DNA of 64,000 bases from Phoronis australis (GCA_002633005.1 NMRA01000081.1:757501-821500), one strand, 5' to 3'; positions 26,407 through 40,110 are shown, counted from the first letter of the stretch. The notes: generated from the sequence alone by a model not told the origin. Numbers and translations: made by a program.

Positions 26407-26630
26407 TTTCACGCAACAGCACCAGCTGTCGGCAAAAATTTACAAAGGTATGAAAGTCGCTTTGCAAGTCCGATACGAGAAAAGAACTTGACGATAAAAA
26501 ATAAAAAGATTGAAAAAGCCAATAAACATTTAAAAGGCAAATTTATGAATATATACCCTAGGTTTGCAGTGAAATCACATTACAATACTTTTTAGTTTTA
26601 CCGGAAGTGTTTCTAAAGCGCCATTTTTGT
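26407..26630. promoter_or_regulatory. Bidirectional promoter between EMG1 and the divergent gene
   Basis: Head-to-head arrangement. ETS motif ccggaagt at 26601 and YY1-like gccatttt at ~26402 and ~26620. Confidence 0.6.
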
Positions 26631-26678
26631 TTTTGTTGACAAACACGCCGAATCATGAGCTGATGATGAATATGTTCG
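26620..26678 (+). other. Putative 5'-UTR first exon of the uncharacterised gene (start approximate)
   Basis: Strong donor cg|gtaagt at 26679. No in-frame start for the main ORF. Contains upstream ATGs. Confidence 0.55.
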
Positions 26679-26819
26679 GTAAGTTTCTGTAAACTGAGGT
26701 CGCCAAAACTGAGGTTGGAGGTCGTCAACCTGGACAAAAAATGTAACACTGTCACCATTATTTAAAACTACACATACCTGTGCTGTATTTCTCCTGTTAA
26801 CAGTTAAGTTTTCTGCTTA

Positions 26820-27640
26820 CACATAGTGTACCTAATTATCGGACGGAACCTAAATATCGGACATTTCAAAAAATCTTACTTGAAGCATAATCTGAGAATT
26901 AAATGACACTAATTGTTGTTCCGTTGTAATACATTCAATGTCCGGCACCGTCTCGTTTTTTACAGCGTTGCCTCGCTTTGATTTCAACGAGAGAGGGTGC
27001 AATTTAGACCCCCAAGTCGGCCTAAAATGGACGATCGCATAAATCGGTTATAAAAGTTGAAAATAAAATCTTTTTCCACAATGAAACTTTCTCATTGAAC
27101 TGACAATATGTTACTGTTCCATTTTTTCATTTGTTTTTAAACTCAAGTCAAACCCCGACCGCGCACGTGCGGGTGTCATATCAAGAAGCCAAAGTGATAA
27201 TAAAAACTGCAGTGAGTTTGCACGTGCTTTAGTCGTCTGCACTAATTCATCGAAATGACTTGGCGCCGTCATCAGATTTCATTTCATGGATAATTTTGTT
27301 GTGAATGGACCTGTGTTCTAGCAGCATATATGTCAAAACACTCGAGCTGAAATTTGGCTACAAGGTGTCCGCGGCCATTACGTGGTTAGTCAGTTTTCCG
27401 CGGTGTGGCGTATGGGGAAACATGGTGTCCGATATTTAGGTTCTCCGAAGGTTTGGTTGTTGTGTTTTTTGAAGATCAGTCGGAACATAAATGTGGCTTT
27501 CAGTGACAAGATATAGTAACAGAACAATTCTGTGAAGGTAAATATTTATTTCAGCAAAGAATTTACAACAATCCGTAGTATTTTCAATTAAATATAATGC
27601 AAAATGTGCCAAAACGTCCGATAATTAGGTCACTTGACTG
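26820..27640. mobile_element. Tc1/mariner-pogo-like MITE with TA TSD
   Basis: acctaattatcggacg / cgtccgataattaggt inverted repeats, a second internal pair (acctaaatatcggaca / tgtccgatatttaggt), and TA flanks. Confidence 0.75.
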
Positions 27641-28119
27641 TATTTCCGTCAGTTCATGGGATGTGCTGGCGTTCTGAACTCTTCTTATTTTTTTCTGGTA
27701 CATCTATATTTAACCTATGTGCGTTATTATCTGCTTCCAGGGGAACTGTCCTTGTCATTCTAACACTTTTGGTCTACTTAGGCTTCGCAGTGGCTTTGGA
27801 AGTTTGGGTAAGGGGGATCTTGTTCTTGTTAAAATTTTGGGATGTTTTTGATATGGCGATTGATGACGTTGATTCTCGGGTGTGTCCCACGCTTTTTTCA
27901 GAAGGGAATGTTGTAATCGTCAACATCATTCATTCTTGATCTTTCTGTGGTGTCTTGTAAATTGTCAGTTTTATCGTTTTCCAGGTGCTTGTTTTATTTA
28001 TGTAACTGTTCGCGGGAGGCTTCTGGCAGTCTTTCAGTGTGCAATCAGGCTGTCAGGGACGAGCACTTCAATTGGGTTTTATTCAATCTTGGGTAGCTGT
28101 GAGTACTTCTACAAGCTTA

Positions 28120-31017
28120 CTCTTGAGTTCCGAATAGCCGTATCTATACGATTATTTTTTTCAGACTCGTTTTCTGGTCTATACGACGCTTATTTGGGTC
28201 TCTACGTTTATTAATTTTCTTACCTTTTTCCGCTCTCTATGATTATTTGATTTAGCAAGTTCACATTTTTTGTTTCATTCAATACAAGTTTGTTACACAA
28301 AAACTTTGCTGCTGACACCAGGTATCGTACCTTGGTCGTAAGACTTAGTAAATTCGCTCTAAACCTCTAGACCACGAGACACTCAGTTCAGAATTCGTAA
28401 TTTAGAAGAGCTATATACGACTCTGCATTACACACGGAGGTCAAATGTCATACGCATTACGAGATTTTATTCGCTAAAATATACAACTGTACGTTTCAGA
28501 GCGTAAATAATAGGACTCCCAAGCAAGGGTTTACGCAGCGGCCGTCTGTTGGACGGCCAGAATGTTATTTTGGACGGGTTCGACGGGATCGGTCAGAATT
28601 AAGAAAGTGTTGGCAAAATTTAAAAAGCTTGAATTGATGACCACTTCCCTTAATATTAACGGCTGGTCGGTATTCGCTCAAAGAAATAGGCCATCAGTAA
28701 TTTCAGAAATGAGGAATTTAATGCACAAAAAGTACATTTTTCAATATTACGCGCGCCTCGTAACACAAATCGGTGTTAGCGGCAGCTCACAAGGCTTGGA
28801 ATTTTCCGCGGAAACACGGATTTCCACTTTTTTCAAATGTGCTGTCCGCGTATTTTATTATATTTCCGCGTAAAAAAAATCGGATTTGATATAAAATTTC
28901 TGCGGCAAATTCCTTTTTTACCACGGCATCGCCGACGACTTTCACCTCGAAAAGCAGAAGTTGCTCTTTATGTTGCAGAGGAACGTAAATTGTCAACATT
29001 GCCGGGGCATCTGGGATAGCGTGGTGCATTTTTTCAATGGCGTCTCGTGTGATTGTAAACCGCGGTGACAAAATTAATACTAAGGCTCTGCAGCCAAAAT
29101 TGTGTGGAGGTGGGAGTAGACGGACGAGCTAAAAAGAGGCAGACGCACACTTTTTTTTAGTCCTCCCGATTTTTGTTGGCAAAAGGTCCACATCGGCTCT
29201 TTCGAGGCTGGGAAGCACGCATGTTTTGGGCTGTAAAAGTTTCCGTGTTTTTCGTCATTAGTCATTCCAAGCCCTACATATGAATAAAAACGCTTTCGAC
29301 GAGTTTCTTTGGATGATCCAATATTTATGATTGCACCCTGTGAAAAACTGGCAAGCCGTAACAACTGTCCATTGTGTCTGTCCCCGAAGTTTGCGTTTCC
29401 GCGGGAGTAATTCCGGGATTTTGCACAGCCAGTGTCATCTGCGGTTTCCATCATTATTGACATGCGCATTCTATATAGTATTACTTTATCATGTCGTCTA
29501 CCACGCAAAGGCCTAAAGAATTTGAGGATTATTTTACAAACAGAGAGATGTTCCAGATACAGACATTGATTCAGATGCTGATACGACAAATAATCCAGCT
29601 ACACATACGGACCATGGTGATAACGCGGCTAGTCAACGAAGCGCAAATACCCGTGCACTTAATGAACGGTGCCGAACCTTTCAATCAACAAAGTACCGAC
29701 AAGTTGCCGACAACATTGGACATCAGCATTTTTACAATTCGCTCCAAACTTGAAAATAGATTGTTTTTATGAACAGGAAGAATGGACTTGTGACAATCTT
29801 GAAAATGACATAGTTGCTAACGTTCAACAATCCAGTCGATATCTATTGAAATTGATTTCTACTTGCTCTCTCGTCCAAATAAATGGAAAAACGCACGTGA
29901 ATCGGTTTGTTTATTAGGCCTATTAGACCTAATTAGGTATTCAAGATGGTAGTCGTGGTCGTGGACTCGAATGTTGGGCAATTCTATAAGAAATCTTAAT
30001 TTCTGGCCGTGTACAATTTTGGATGTACCGACTTTTTGATGTTGAATTCTGACTAACATTACGAGGGTATTGACTAGATGAGCATTGTGCAAGACATGAG
30101 ATTGAGAGAAAACAAAGGCTCAACTGTCAGGAACATGTATGATAAATATGTGACTTGTTTTACCAAGACACTTTATTGTCTTTATTCTGACTCTCGGCTT
30201 CGTGGAAGACTAGACCTTGCTGCTGAAATCTTTACCTCCTTGTTATAATTTTTGGACTTAGTCAACATTGGCATCTCTAGTATGAATGTCACATTCTTTT
30301 TTGAGTAAAATGATAACGCATACTGTTTGAAACACATCTATATAGACTTCCATTTAAAGTTATTGAATATTAAACGAATCGTCTTTGTTTTAGCAATGAC
30401 ACTTTATTCCATGTCACTGTACTATGTTATGGCATGTGTGGATACACCACTGCAATAATTTAACGATGTTAATGTTCAATTTAAAAGTTTTTCTTTGAAA
30501 CAATTACTTAAAGCGGTGGTAAATCAGACAATTTGCTTCTTTGCACTATTATTCTAATCCCATCTATATCATTGTTAGATTTTGCACTTCCTATTATTTC
30601 CATCTACTGTTACTAGAGTTTACACAAATTTGTTATCAATGTTATTATTCCAGTCTATATTATTTTTAATTTTCCACAAATTTCCGGTCTATACTATTAT
30701 TCCTTAGAATTTGCTGTTTTGCATTATTATTCTCTTCTATATCATTATTAGATTTTACCTAAATTTGTAACCAGTATTATTATTCCAGTCTATACTATGT
30801 TTAAATTTCCACAAATTTGCCGTCTATACCATTATTCCATTCTATAACTATTATTAATTTTTTCCGACAATTTCTGGTCTATACTATTATTCTACTTTTC
30901 TAGTGGCAAAAATGTTGGGTCTATACTATTATTAGAGTCTCTACCATTATTAAAAATCGTGAAATTTTCCAGTCTATACTATTATTGCTGTCTCTACAAC
31001 TATTCGGAACTCCAGAG
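28120..31017. mobile_element. 2.9-kb TA-flanked TIR DNA element with a subterminal tandem array
   Basis: ta|ctcttgagttccgaatag ... ctattcggaactccagag|ta. About ten degenerate tctatactattatt units at 30540-30995. Confidence 0.75.
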
Positions 31018-31761
31018 TAGCTAATGATCCTGTAGGAGTACAACACTGGTATTGCGTATACATTAACCTTACACGACACGTCCCTGCGTCAGTCCATCCA
31101 TAGCCTCCCTTTCTTCCCTCATTCAACAGGGGGCCTCGATCTCGCATGACATTCTGATCACTTTAACAATGTTTACCCGAATTCATAATTTATTCAATTA
31201 TTTTTGGAGGTGTATTTTGGTTTGCTGAACCCCAACTCAATCTAACTGAATTCGTCTTGTCTACACCTCTGAAATATACAGACGATTGGAAACATTGGAG
31301 GCACGTGTTTCATTGTCCCACCTGACCTGATTTTTTCTTAGCAATTCGGACTTCAGTCTGTTTATTTTCTGTTGTAATTTGGACTGATTTAGAACAATTT
31401 TGAATCAAAGGCACTGAATCTATGAAAAAAACCCGTTAATTTAAAGTGTGGAAGTCACCACAAATTTTGAAACAAATTTCGAGAGATTAATTTGTCTAAC
31501 ATAGCTACTTGCTGTGATGACTTCATGGTGACTTGGGATTTTTTCCAGGTGGCCAAAGACAACCTTAAGTCCCATTGGTGAGCTGTAGGTTACCAAATTG
31601 AGCACTGGAGGTTTAGTTTACAATCAACGCGTTGCATTGCACTTGTTCGTTGTGAGAAATGATTTATCTTTCAACTACTCATTGGTAATCACTGTTATTA
31701 ACATACATTGACATGTGTATTTTGTTTACCCAGGTCGGTTGGAGCACAGCCCTTAGAGGCC

Positions 31762-31974
31762 ATGTCGGGCAGATCTCATGCAGATGAGAGACCTGGAGCC
31801 AGCCAAGCAGGCCCTGCTACACCTTTAGCACAGAGTGCACAAAGTCGGGGGAGAAGGAGTGGTACTGAGGGTGATGGCAATGATAGTGCTGCTGGTTTGA
31901 GGTTGAACAGCCAAGGTCAAACAACAGGAAGCGCAGTTAAAAGCAGTGCTGGCCCTCAGACACCTGTAACGAAG
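31762..31974 (+). CDS. Uncharacterised gene, coding exon 1 (low-complexity N-terminus)
   Basis: Acceptor tttacccag at 31733, gccATG context; MSGRSHADERPGASQAG...PQTPVTK; donor aag|gttggt; 71 codons. Confidence 0.7.
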
Positions 31975-32234
31975 GTTGGTAGGCAGTTATGTTTTGACAC
32001 CAAGCATGGGGTATTAGCTCGTACAGGTGCTGCATAGGAGCTTGAAAATAATAAAGCCACTGTTTTGCTGTAACAGTTATCTATACAGCATGTTATAGAT
32101 TAGAGTTTTTTTGCATCAAATTTTCTTTTAGACATGTTGTGTTAAAAACAGGCTGATATATGTTATTCTGTAATATGTAACTTGAATGTGTATCTAGTAT
32201 TTGGCTTTGTTTAAATTTTTTCTTACTACCTTAA

Positions 32235-33687
32235 AGGCGAAGGCAACCTTTTTCCATGTCATTTTGAGCTAAAATATGGTTGGTTGGTTATCCTAGACAT
32301 ATTTTCCACTTAATTACAGCTTTTCGTAATTTTATAGATTACTCGTCTGCTACTCCGGAAGTGACGTTTTAGGAGGCAAGCGTTTCCCGCCACTTGGTTT
32401 TGCGTTGACTTTACCGTGCGAATCTGTTCTATTCTACTTTGTTTTGTGCTGTTTTTCAACAATTGTCGCCACCNNNNNNNNNNNNNNNNNNNNNNNNNNN
32501 NNNNNNNNNNNNNNNNNNNNNNNNNNNNNNNNNNNNNNNNNNNNNNNNNNNNNNNNNNNNNNNNNNNNNNNNNNNNNNNNNNNNNNNNNNNNNNNNNNNN
32601 NNNNNNNNNNNNNNNNNNNNNNNNNNNNNNNNNNNNNNNNNNNNNNNNNNNNNNNNNNNNNNNNNNNNNNNNNNNNNNNNNNNNNNNNNNNNNNNNNNNN
32701 NNNNNNNNNNNNNNNNNNNNNNNNNNNNNNNNNNNNNNNNNNNNNNNNNNNNNNNNNNNNNNNNNNNNNNNNNNNNNNNNNNNNNNNNNNNNNNNNNNNN
32801 NNNNNNNNNNNNNNNNNNNNNNNNNNNNNNNNNNNNNNNNNNNNNNNNNNNNNNNNNNNNNNNNNNNNNNNNNNNNNNNNNNNNNNNNNNNNNNNNNNNN
32901 NNNNNNNNNNNNNNNNNNNNNNNNNNNNNNNNNNNNNNNNNNNNNNNNNNNNNNNNNNNNNNNNNNNNNNNNNNNNNNNNNNNNNNNNNNNNNNNNNNNN
33001 NNNNNNNNNNNNNNNNNNNNNNNNNNNNNNNNNNNNNNNNNNNNNNNNNNNNNNNNNNNNNNNNNNNNNNNNNNNNNNNNNNNNNNNNNNNNNNNNNNNN
33101 NNNNNNNNNNNNNNNNNNNNNNNNNNNNNNNNNNNNNNNNNNNNNNNNNNNNNNNNNNNNNNNNNNNNNNNNNNNNNNNNNNNNNNNNNNNNNNNNNNNN
33201 NNNNNNNNNNNNNNNNNNNNNNNNNNNNNNNNNNNNNNNNNNNNNNNNNNNNNNNNNNNNNNNNNNNNNNNNNNNNNNNNNNNNNNNNNNNNNNNNNNNN
33301 NNNNNNNNNNNNNNNNNNNNNNNNNNNNNNNNNNNNNNNNNNNNNNNNNNNNNNNNNNNNNNNNNNNNNNCGCGCGTGAGCCGATAATTAGTATATCCTG
33401 GTACGCAGCAACAGTGTGGCATATTCACTGACTAGTAAATGAAAGCAAACGACGACGGAACTTAACACAACCGAGGTAGAACAATGACTGACTCGGCAGC
33501 TCTCACAGTCAGACTATATGAAAAGAAATTGGCGCGAAATGCTTGCCTCCTAAAACGTCACTTCCGGAAGAGCGGACGAGTATTTAATAAAATTACGAAA
33601 AGCTGTAATTAAGTGAAAAATATGTCTAGGATAACCAACCAATCTTATTTTAGCTCAAAATGACATGGAAAAAGGTTGCCTTCGCCT
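32235..33687. mobile_element. Second Kolobok-like copy (interior is an N-gap)
   Basis: Same TTAA|aggcgaaggcaacc termini. The right arm carries the THAP start MPHCCCVPGYTNYRLTR on the minus strand. Confidence 0.85.
32474..33370. other. Assembly gap (N run)
   Basis: Run of n characters. Confidence 1.
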
Positions 33688-34522
33688 TTAAGCTTGGGGC
33701 AATTATTGTATAATCTGATGCCTGGAAAACGATGGCTGAACACTTGCAAAAATAATCGAAGCATGCCATTGTGAAGTGATATGGACCCTCTGATAGAGCG
33801 TCAACTTGTGTGGGGGTGCACTCTTTGTCACATTTTCATTTCGTACTCCTTTGCATCTTTTATGAGCTCTATTCATCTTTTGACAGGGAAGGCAGTCCAG
33901 AGCTTTATCAACACTAACCAAGTATTCAAACCGTGCACTGTCAAGACTGTCCAGAGAATCAATCACATCTGTACATCAGGTACAGCGGTATACTGAAGGG
34001 ATTAATTTGAACATTGAACGCTTACATGACCCCTATGCTCAATTCTTTGGTTTATCGTCATATCTGTTGGGACTATCTGTTGTGTGTAAAAGTGGCCTCA
34101 ACTCTTGTAAAATACTAATGCCCATTGTAGTGTGAATCTTACCATTTTGCCAAAGTTATTACCTAACTGTGATTATAGTTTCACATAAATGGCCAGGAAT
34201 ACAAAACAAATTTAACCAGGAAAGCAAATGGTGGGGGCTTTCTGAATATTGTGACTGACAGCGGTCTGTTTTTTGCACCTCGCTTAACTTTAATCCTGAT
34301 GAGAACAATGATGTCTTTGTTTCGTCCCTTCATAATTTTTCTTATCTTGCAAATTGATTGTCTGTTTTCGTTAAATGTGAAGTGATTTAAAGTATTTATA
34401 AATACAGTTTTTTGTTTTATGTGTATAAGCATGCATTTACCTGCTTGAAAACAATGTTTTAATCTCTCGCTTTCTCTCTCAGCAATAATTCATACAACTT
34501 TCAACTTATTATAAATATGTAG

Positions 34523-34731
34523 GTGGATAGTGAACCAGCAAAAAGAGACACCTATGAAGAACCGGAAGTGGCTGATCTGAAGGAAATGATGTTCTCCCTT
34601 AGGGAATACATCCATGGACATGGTTTACACGAAGAATTTCTGGATGCTTGCAGAGGATTGTTGAGCAAAACTAGCCTGCCGTATAACCCTTATCCTGAGT
34701 TAACAAGACAGTTCAGAATTAAAAGTGAAAG
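34523..34731 (+). CDS. Uncharacterised gene, coding exon 2
   Basis: tag|VDSEPAKRDTYEEPEVADLKEMMFSLREYIHGHGLHEEFLDACRGLLSKTSLPYNPYPELTRQFRIKSE(R)|gtaata. Phase 0-2. Confidence 0.8.
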
Positions 34732-35460
34732 GTAATACACTGCTCAAGTGTGCACTATAGGCGATAAATCTTAATAAATTATGTTAAAGCTGTATTTCGA
34801 CCTGTTCTGTTGGCTGAAATACGACAACTAAGTTAGGTCTCATACTCTCATAAAGTCGGTCTCATAATATTCCTATACAAGGGGACAGTTGTGATTCCTG
34901 CAACGTAAAGCTTTAGCTAGGTAAGTCCGTCTGAAATATTCGTAGTTTCTGTTATACACGCACCAGTGTATGAATTATAATATACATCGGTTAATAATAT
35001 TCTGTAATTTGTAAGGATTCCATTTTCATGACCAACTTCAGGCAATGTGCTATTTTCGAATTCGCAATTTTAGGTCGGTCATGAGTCGGTGATGGTTCAA
35101 TGTTCTTGTTGGTCACGCAAATAGAGTCCTATGACAGTAAGGAATATTTTGAGAGTGAGGCTGATTTTATGCTAGTAAAGGCCCTTATCAATTTTTCCTT
35201 TGTAGCCAGCTAAAGAGGGCGAAATGCAGCTCTTTATTTGTTTTATTCCCACGGCTACAAAAGCCAATTTTTCACGGAATGTTGAAGTCTCCATTCTTAG
35301 CAGTTAAGTTCTCGGGATAAAAGACTGTTTTGTGTCGAGTAGAATGAATTTTTAATACTTATTTTGCATTGTTGTCATGGCAACTTTTGTCTGGATAATG
35401 CAGGTTTGCATAATGATGGATTGGTTGGCCAACAGTAAAATCATTCTATCTTAATCATCC

Positions 35461-35764
35461 TTTTTATGCGCCCACATATTTATATGTGGACGCATTATGC
35501 CGTCATCTCTGTCCGTCCGTCCGGCGTCCGCTGCTCTATCTCCAAAATCCTTTGACATACGTTCATGAAATTTGGCGCATATGTTCCATTCATGAATGGG
35601 ACGGCATGTGCGAACTTTCGGACGGATCCGACTACCGGTGTGCCCCCTAGTGGCAATTTTAGTTTTTTACGCTTACCTTTGTATCTTCAAAAGTCCTGAA
35701 CGGATTTTCATGAAATTTGGTATGTAGGCACCTATTAGTGAGATGACGCTATCCTGCCGTTTTC
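35461..35764 (+). mobile_element. Copy of the Helentron/DINE-like repeat at 1-460, running into the gap
   Basis: Reverse-complement near-identity to about 152-460. Confidence 0.75.
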
Positions 35765-36507
35765 NNNNNNNNNNNNNNNNNNNNNNNNNNNNNNNNNNNN
35801 NNNNNNNNNNNNNNNNNNNNNNNNNNNNNNNNNNNNNNNNNNNNNNNNNNNNNNNNNNNNNNNNNNNNNNNNNNNNNNNNNNNNNNNNNNNNNNNNNNNN
35901 NNNNNNNNNNNNNNNNNNNNNNNNNNNNNNNNNNNNNNNNNNNNNNNNNNNNNNNNNNNNNNNNNNNNNNNNNNNNNNNNNNNNNNNNNNNNNNNNNNNN
36001 NNNNNNNNNNNNNNNNNNNNNNNNNNNNNNNNNNNNNNNNNNNNNNNNNNNNNNNNNNNNNNNNNNNNNNNNNNNNNNNNNNNNNNNNNNNNNNNNNNNN
36101 NNNNNNNNNNNNNNNNNNNNNNNNNNNNNNNNNNNNNNNNNNNNNNNNNNNNNNNNNNNNNNNNNNNNNNNNNNNNNNNNNNNNNNNNNNNNNNNNNNNN
36201 NNNNNNNNNNNNNNNNNNNNNNNNNNNNNNNNNNNNNNNNNNNNNNNNNNNNNNNNNNNNNNNNNNNNNNNNNNNNNNNNNNNNNNNNNNNNNNNNNNNN
36301 NNNNNNNNNNNNNNNNNNNNNNNNNNNNNNNNNNNNNNNNNNNNNNNNNNNNNNNNNNNNNNNNNNNNNNNNNNNNNNNNNNNNNNNNNNNNNNNNNNNN
36401 NNNNNNNNNNNNNNNNNNNNNNNNNNNNNNNNNNNNNNNNNNNNNNNNNNNNNNNNNNNNNNNNNNNNNNNNNNNNNNNNNNNNNNNNNNNNNNNNNNNN
36501 NNNNNNN
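35765..36507. other. Assembly gap (N run)
   Basis: Run of n characters. Confidence 1.
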
Positions 36508-37085
36508 TTTCTGTGGTGCTTTAAGCAACTGGTGTATAGGATGTGCTTGTATTATGAAGATTACTCACATTTTGCCCCTAGCCTATTGAGGAGACAATGA
36601 CCATGCCTTTCCATTTTGCTAAGTACAACATACTACATATATGCCCTCTACTGGCCACTTTATGGTACCAATAAACAACCCTAGAAGGATACCGTTTGCG
36701 GTGCAATTGTGGGCGCATTTCAACGCTCTGTGTTGCTCTTGTTACTGAATTCATTGTTTAGACTGAAATGGCATCAAGAAAAAGCTAAAATTTGCCCTAA
36801 GATTAACTGACATTGACATTTTGCTAAGGCTCAAGGATTGCTGAAAGTACTACAGTTTTTACTAAGGAGGTAACTATGGCAACTATATGGCACTTAGTAA
36901 TCAATGAATTTCTTGTTAAGGAATTTTGTGGACGAATAAAGTTCTACTTTTCTGCTATGTTGTATCTCGGTTTAAAGGATATTTACTGTTTTGTAATAAG
37001 TTATTGCGCTATGCTAATCAATTTCTAACTTAGTTTATAATTTCTGTGTTTCAAATTGCGTATGTATTGCAAGATATCTTTTCAG

Positions 37086-37132
37086 ATTTCATATGTACAC
37101 CCTGTCAACGACCGACGTGCTGTCAATCATAG
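37086..37132 (+). CDS. Uncharacterised gene, coding exon 3 (47 bp)
   Basis: cttttcag|..FHMYTLSTTDVLSII..|gtaatg. Phase 2-1 exactly bridges the flanking exons. Confidence 0.7.
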
Positions 37133-38387
37133 GTAATGTTGTTAGAGGTGCTGTCAATCATAGCTGATGCTGATAGACATAGTGCTAACTGTACGCAGTG
37201 TTGGCACAAAGTCATGTCCTCTTGTCCGCTGCCATCTTACACAAAATATGACACAGAGAAATAATTCCCATTCCCGACCAATCATTCAAGGCTTTGGTAT
37301 ATAGAAAAAGAATGCCAAAAACATTAATTTTGGCAGAATTGTCGTCAATCCCTTTCAAAATGAGTTGTTCCATATCAATCCCATGAGATCTCTCAATTTC
37401 TATTGAAGTCGTCTTGATAAGAAAATTTTGATTTCAATTTGTTAGGGTTAATTATGGTTTTCATTGAGTAAACCATAAGTAGGAAGGACTAAGAGTCCCT
37501 TTAATCAAGCCAAATCTTATTAAATTCCTTACTTCTAAATTTTTCGTCTTTATTCCGGAACTTATTCATTCTTGACTTTTGCTCTTTGTTTAGTTGCATT
37601 GTTTTTGAGACTCAAAATTGTGATAATTAATTTGATAACAGATTGCGTTTAGTAATTTTGTCTGAAACATAAAGAAATAGGAGGCCTGTTTTATCAAAGG
37701 CCGTAGGTCTGGCCTTAGTTAAGGCGACTGTAACTTTGATTTCATTTTGCACATAGTTCATTAACATGACTTGAGAAGGGGATCATTACGTTGGGATATG
37801 AAAAGTTATCACCTTAATGTTAGTTGAAACATTTTCACTGTACTAAGAACTTGCAGTGTTGCATAAATGACTGGTTTGCGACTTTTTTAAAACACCCTCA
37901 GTTCGCTAGAACCTTCATGATAGTGCCTTTGACCTGGTGTATTGAAGCATGGTTGGTCCACTGTGTGATGGCTAATGCGATGCCCTTTCACCAAATAATT
38001 AAGTGTTAAATTTTAGTTGGGTTGTGCACACATGTCGAAGTCAAGTCTATGTGCACGATGAGAAATGTCTGCGCACAAGACTCCTGTCTCCACATTTAAC
38101 ATCTCTCGCCATGATTCAGATCGCCTTCAAAGCTTTCAGGACATGTGTTTCTTTCTGACACTGAAGATGAGACATGTTAAAATGTGTGTGGTGTTGTATC
38201 CATCCTCTTCTGTGGTCTCTATTTTACAGTTCTCTTGTGTTTAGTTGCACTTTAGCTGTCAATGTTACATTCAGCTTGAGAACTTTTGCAATGAAATGAC
38301 ACTAATTCTCTTAAATCTAGAGATTTTCATTAGTTTTGCCTGTTTTACTAGAATCTGTAATTTTCATTTAAATTTCTGTACTTTCAG

Positions 38388-38563
38388 ACCGTCCATGTAA
38401 TGAGATTTCACCTCAGATGTGTACGCCACTTGGATGTGATTTTGTCTGGGGTTTACCATCCATTGTGAAGTCTGTTGAGCCAACCAAGCTGCATGAGTTA
38501 TGTAACCTTGTGCTCAGTGCACCGCTGCCTCTGGAGCTTGTAGAATGTCCAGCTGATTATAAA
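38388..38563 (+). CDS. Uncharacterised gene, coding exon 4
   Basis: ctttcag|(D)RPCNEISPQMCTPLGCDFVWGLPSIVKSVEPTKLHELCNLVLSAPLPLELVECPADYK|gtatgt. Phase 1-0. Confidence 0.78.
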
Positions 38564-39594
38564 GTATGTAAATTCTCCACTTATTTAGCACACTCATCTC
38601 ATTTTGCACACCCAAAATTATTTGTAGAAATATCATTTTGTCCCTAACTTACTTCACACGAGGCCTTTTGTTGGAATTTTCTCACACACAGTCACTTTGT
38701 AAAATATCGATACAAAGCCCTGTCATTAATTCTGGTAATACACTCACCTGTTGAACCTTGTTAATTAGGTCTGAACATTGTATAGTCAGGTCTTCTACTT
38801 TCAGAAAATAATTTTTACAGACTGAATAAAATGTGTAGTTTTTATTTTGTAGCTATTTGACTTTACACACTGACTTTTCCACAAGGTTCTGCATAACTTT
38901 ATCAGGAAGTCAGATTTTTGCCTAACCTGACATCGAGTTGTAGACTTAGATGGAATGATACAAACCCACAAAACTTCATTATTTTTCACTTCCTGAAAAA
39001 CTAAATCTCTACTATTTTTTCAGATATTATTGATAAACCAGTACAAAAACTTAACAAACAAGTACATCCATTCATTCACGCATGCACACCTCAGGAGAGA
39101 CCATTCTCATATCTCGTATAAAGTAAACAACTGCTACATGGAGTGAACAATGCAATTAATTTTTCAGTACTCATATGTAACAAACTTGTGAATATTAGGT
39201 ATATTTTTGTGGCATCTCTCCTTGTAAATGTATTGTTTGGCTAGTAACATCAAAATGTTAAATAGAAAATAATGTGTGTCATTAAGTCCAAGAATAACAT
39301 GTTTGTAAGAGAGACAGTTGGGAAGCTGAATGAGATGTTTTTGAAGTAGTTTTCTGAATTCCTTCCAAAAATCTTATACAGGGCGACATTCCCAAAAATG
39401 GTGTGACAGCGTCGCTGGAGCTTTATTACAAAAGGAACATAAATTAGAATCTCGAATTTGAATTTTGACTAAAAAATTGTTGCTCAGCAATAATCCTGTG
39501 TAATATTCTAAATTGGAACCATCTAATGTTTGGATCCTTTGTAATTTCATAGGGCAATACGTATATTTTCTTCCAATCTAAACAATCTTGTAAC

Positions 39595-40110
39595 TTTTAT
39601 TTCCCATTTACACTCTGACTTAGAAGGTTTCTTATTGTTGTTAAAGATAAAACAAATACAACCCTTCACGTCTTTCCATAAGTGAGTAATTGCTAAAGAC
39701 ATTCAAGGAGAATAGACATTAACAATGTCTTTTAAAATTACTTTGAAATAGACTTTTTTGAAACATTCTTAGAATAGAAACAACACCTGTCCATTATATT
39801 ATACAAAGTTGGTTTTTACATCGAACCAATTTATCATATGGTCTAAACTAACGAAGACGCCATCAGAGGTATACATATCTCTAATAAAGATTAAGCGTTT
39901 TGCAAACCAAGACTTATAAAAAACACTTCTGTCTCAGATCCCCAAGTTATTATTAAACCACAAACAAGATTGATTCAAAAAGTTTCCTGTACTCGCAACA
40001 ATTATTTTCTTATAGAAAGATGTCATACTTGCAAATACATCGGGCGAGTAGGAATTATCAATTAGAATTAAATCTCTACAAATTTTAGGTCAAGTTTCAG
40101 AGGGGCCTTG
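39595..40110 (-). pseudogene. L1/Tx1-like LINE ORF2 fragment
   Basis: The minus strand reads CLWFNNNLGI*DRSVFYKSWFAKRLIFIRDM, the same motif as in the 3290-5340 LINE. Confidence 0.65.

Noticed and set aside
32310-36600. Long ORFs (259-372 aa) in the ORF track
   Set aside because: Artefacts of translating through N-gaps.
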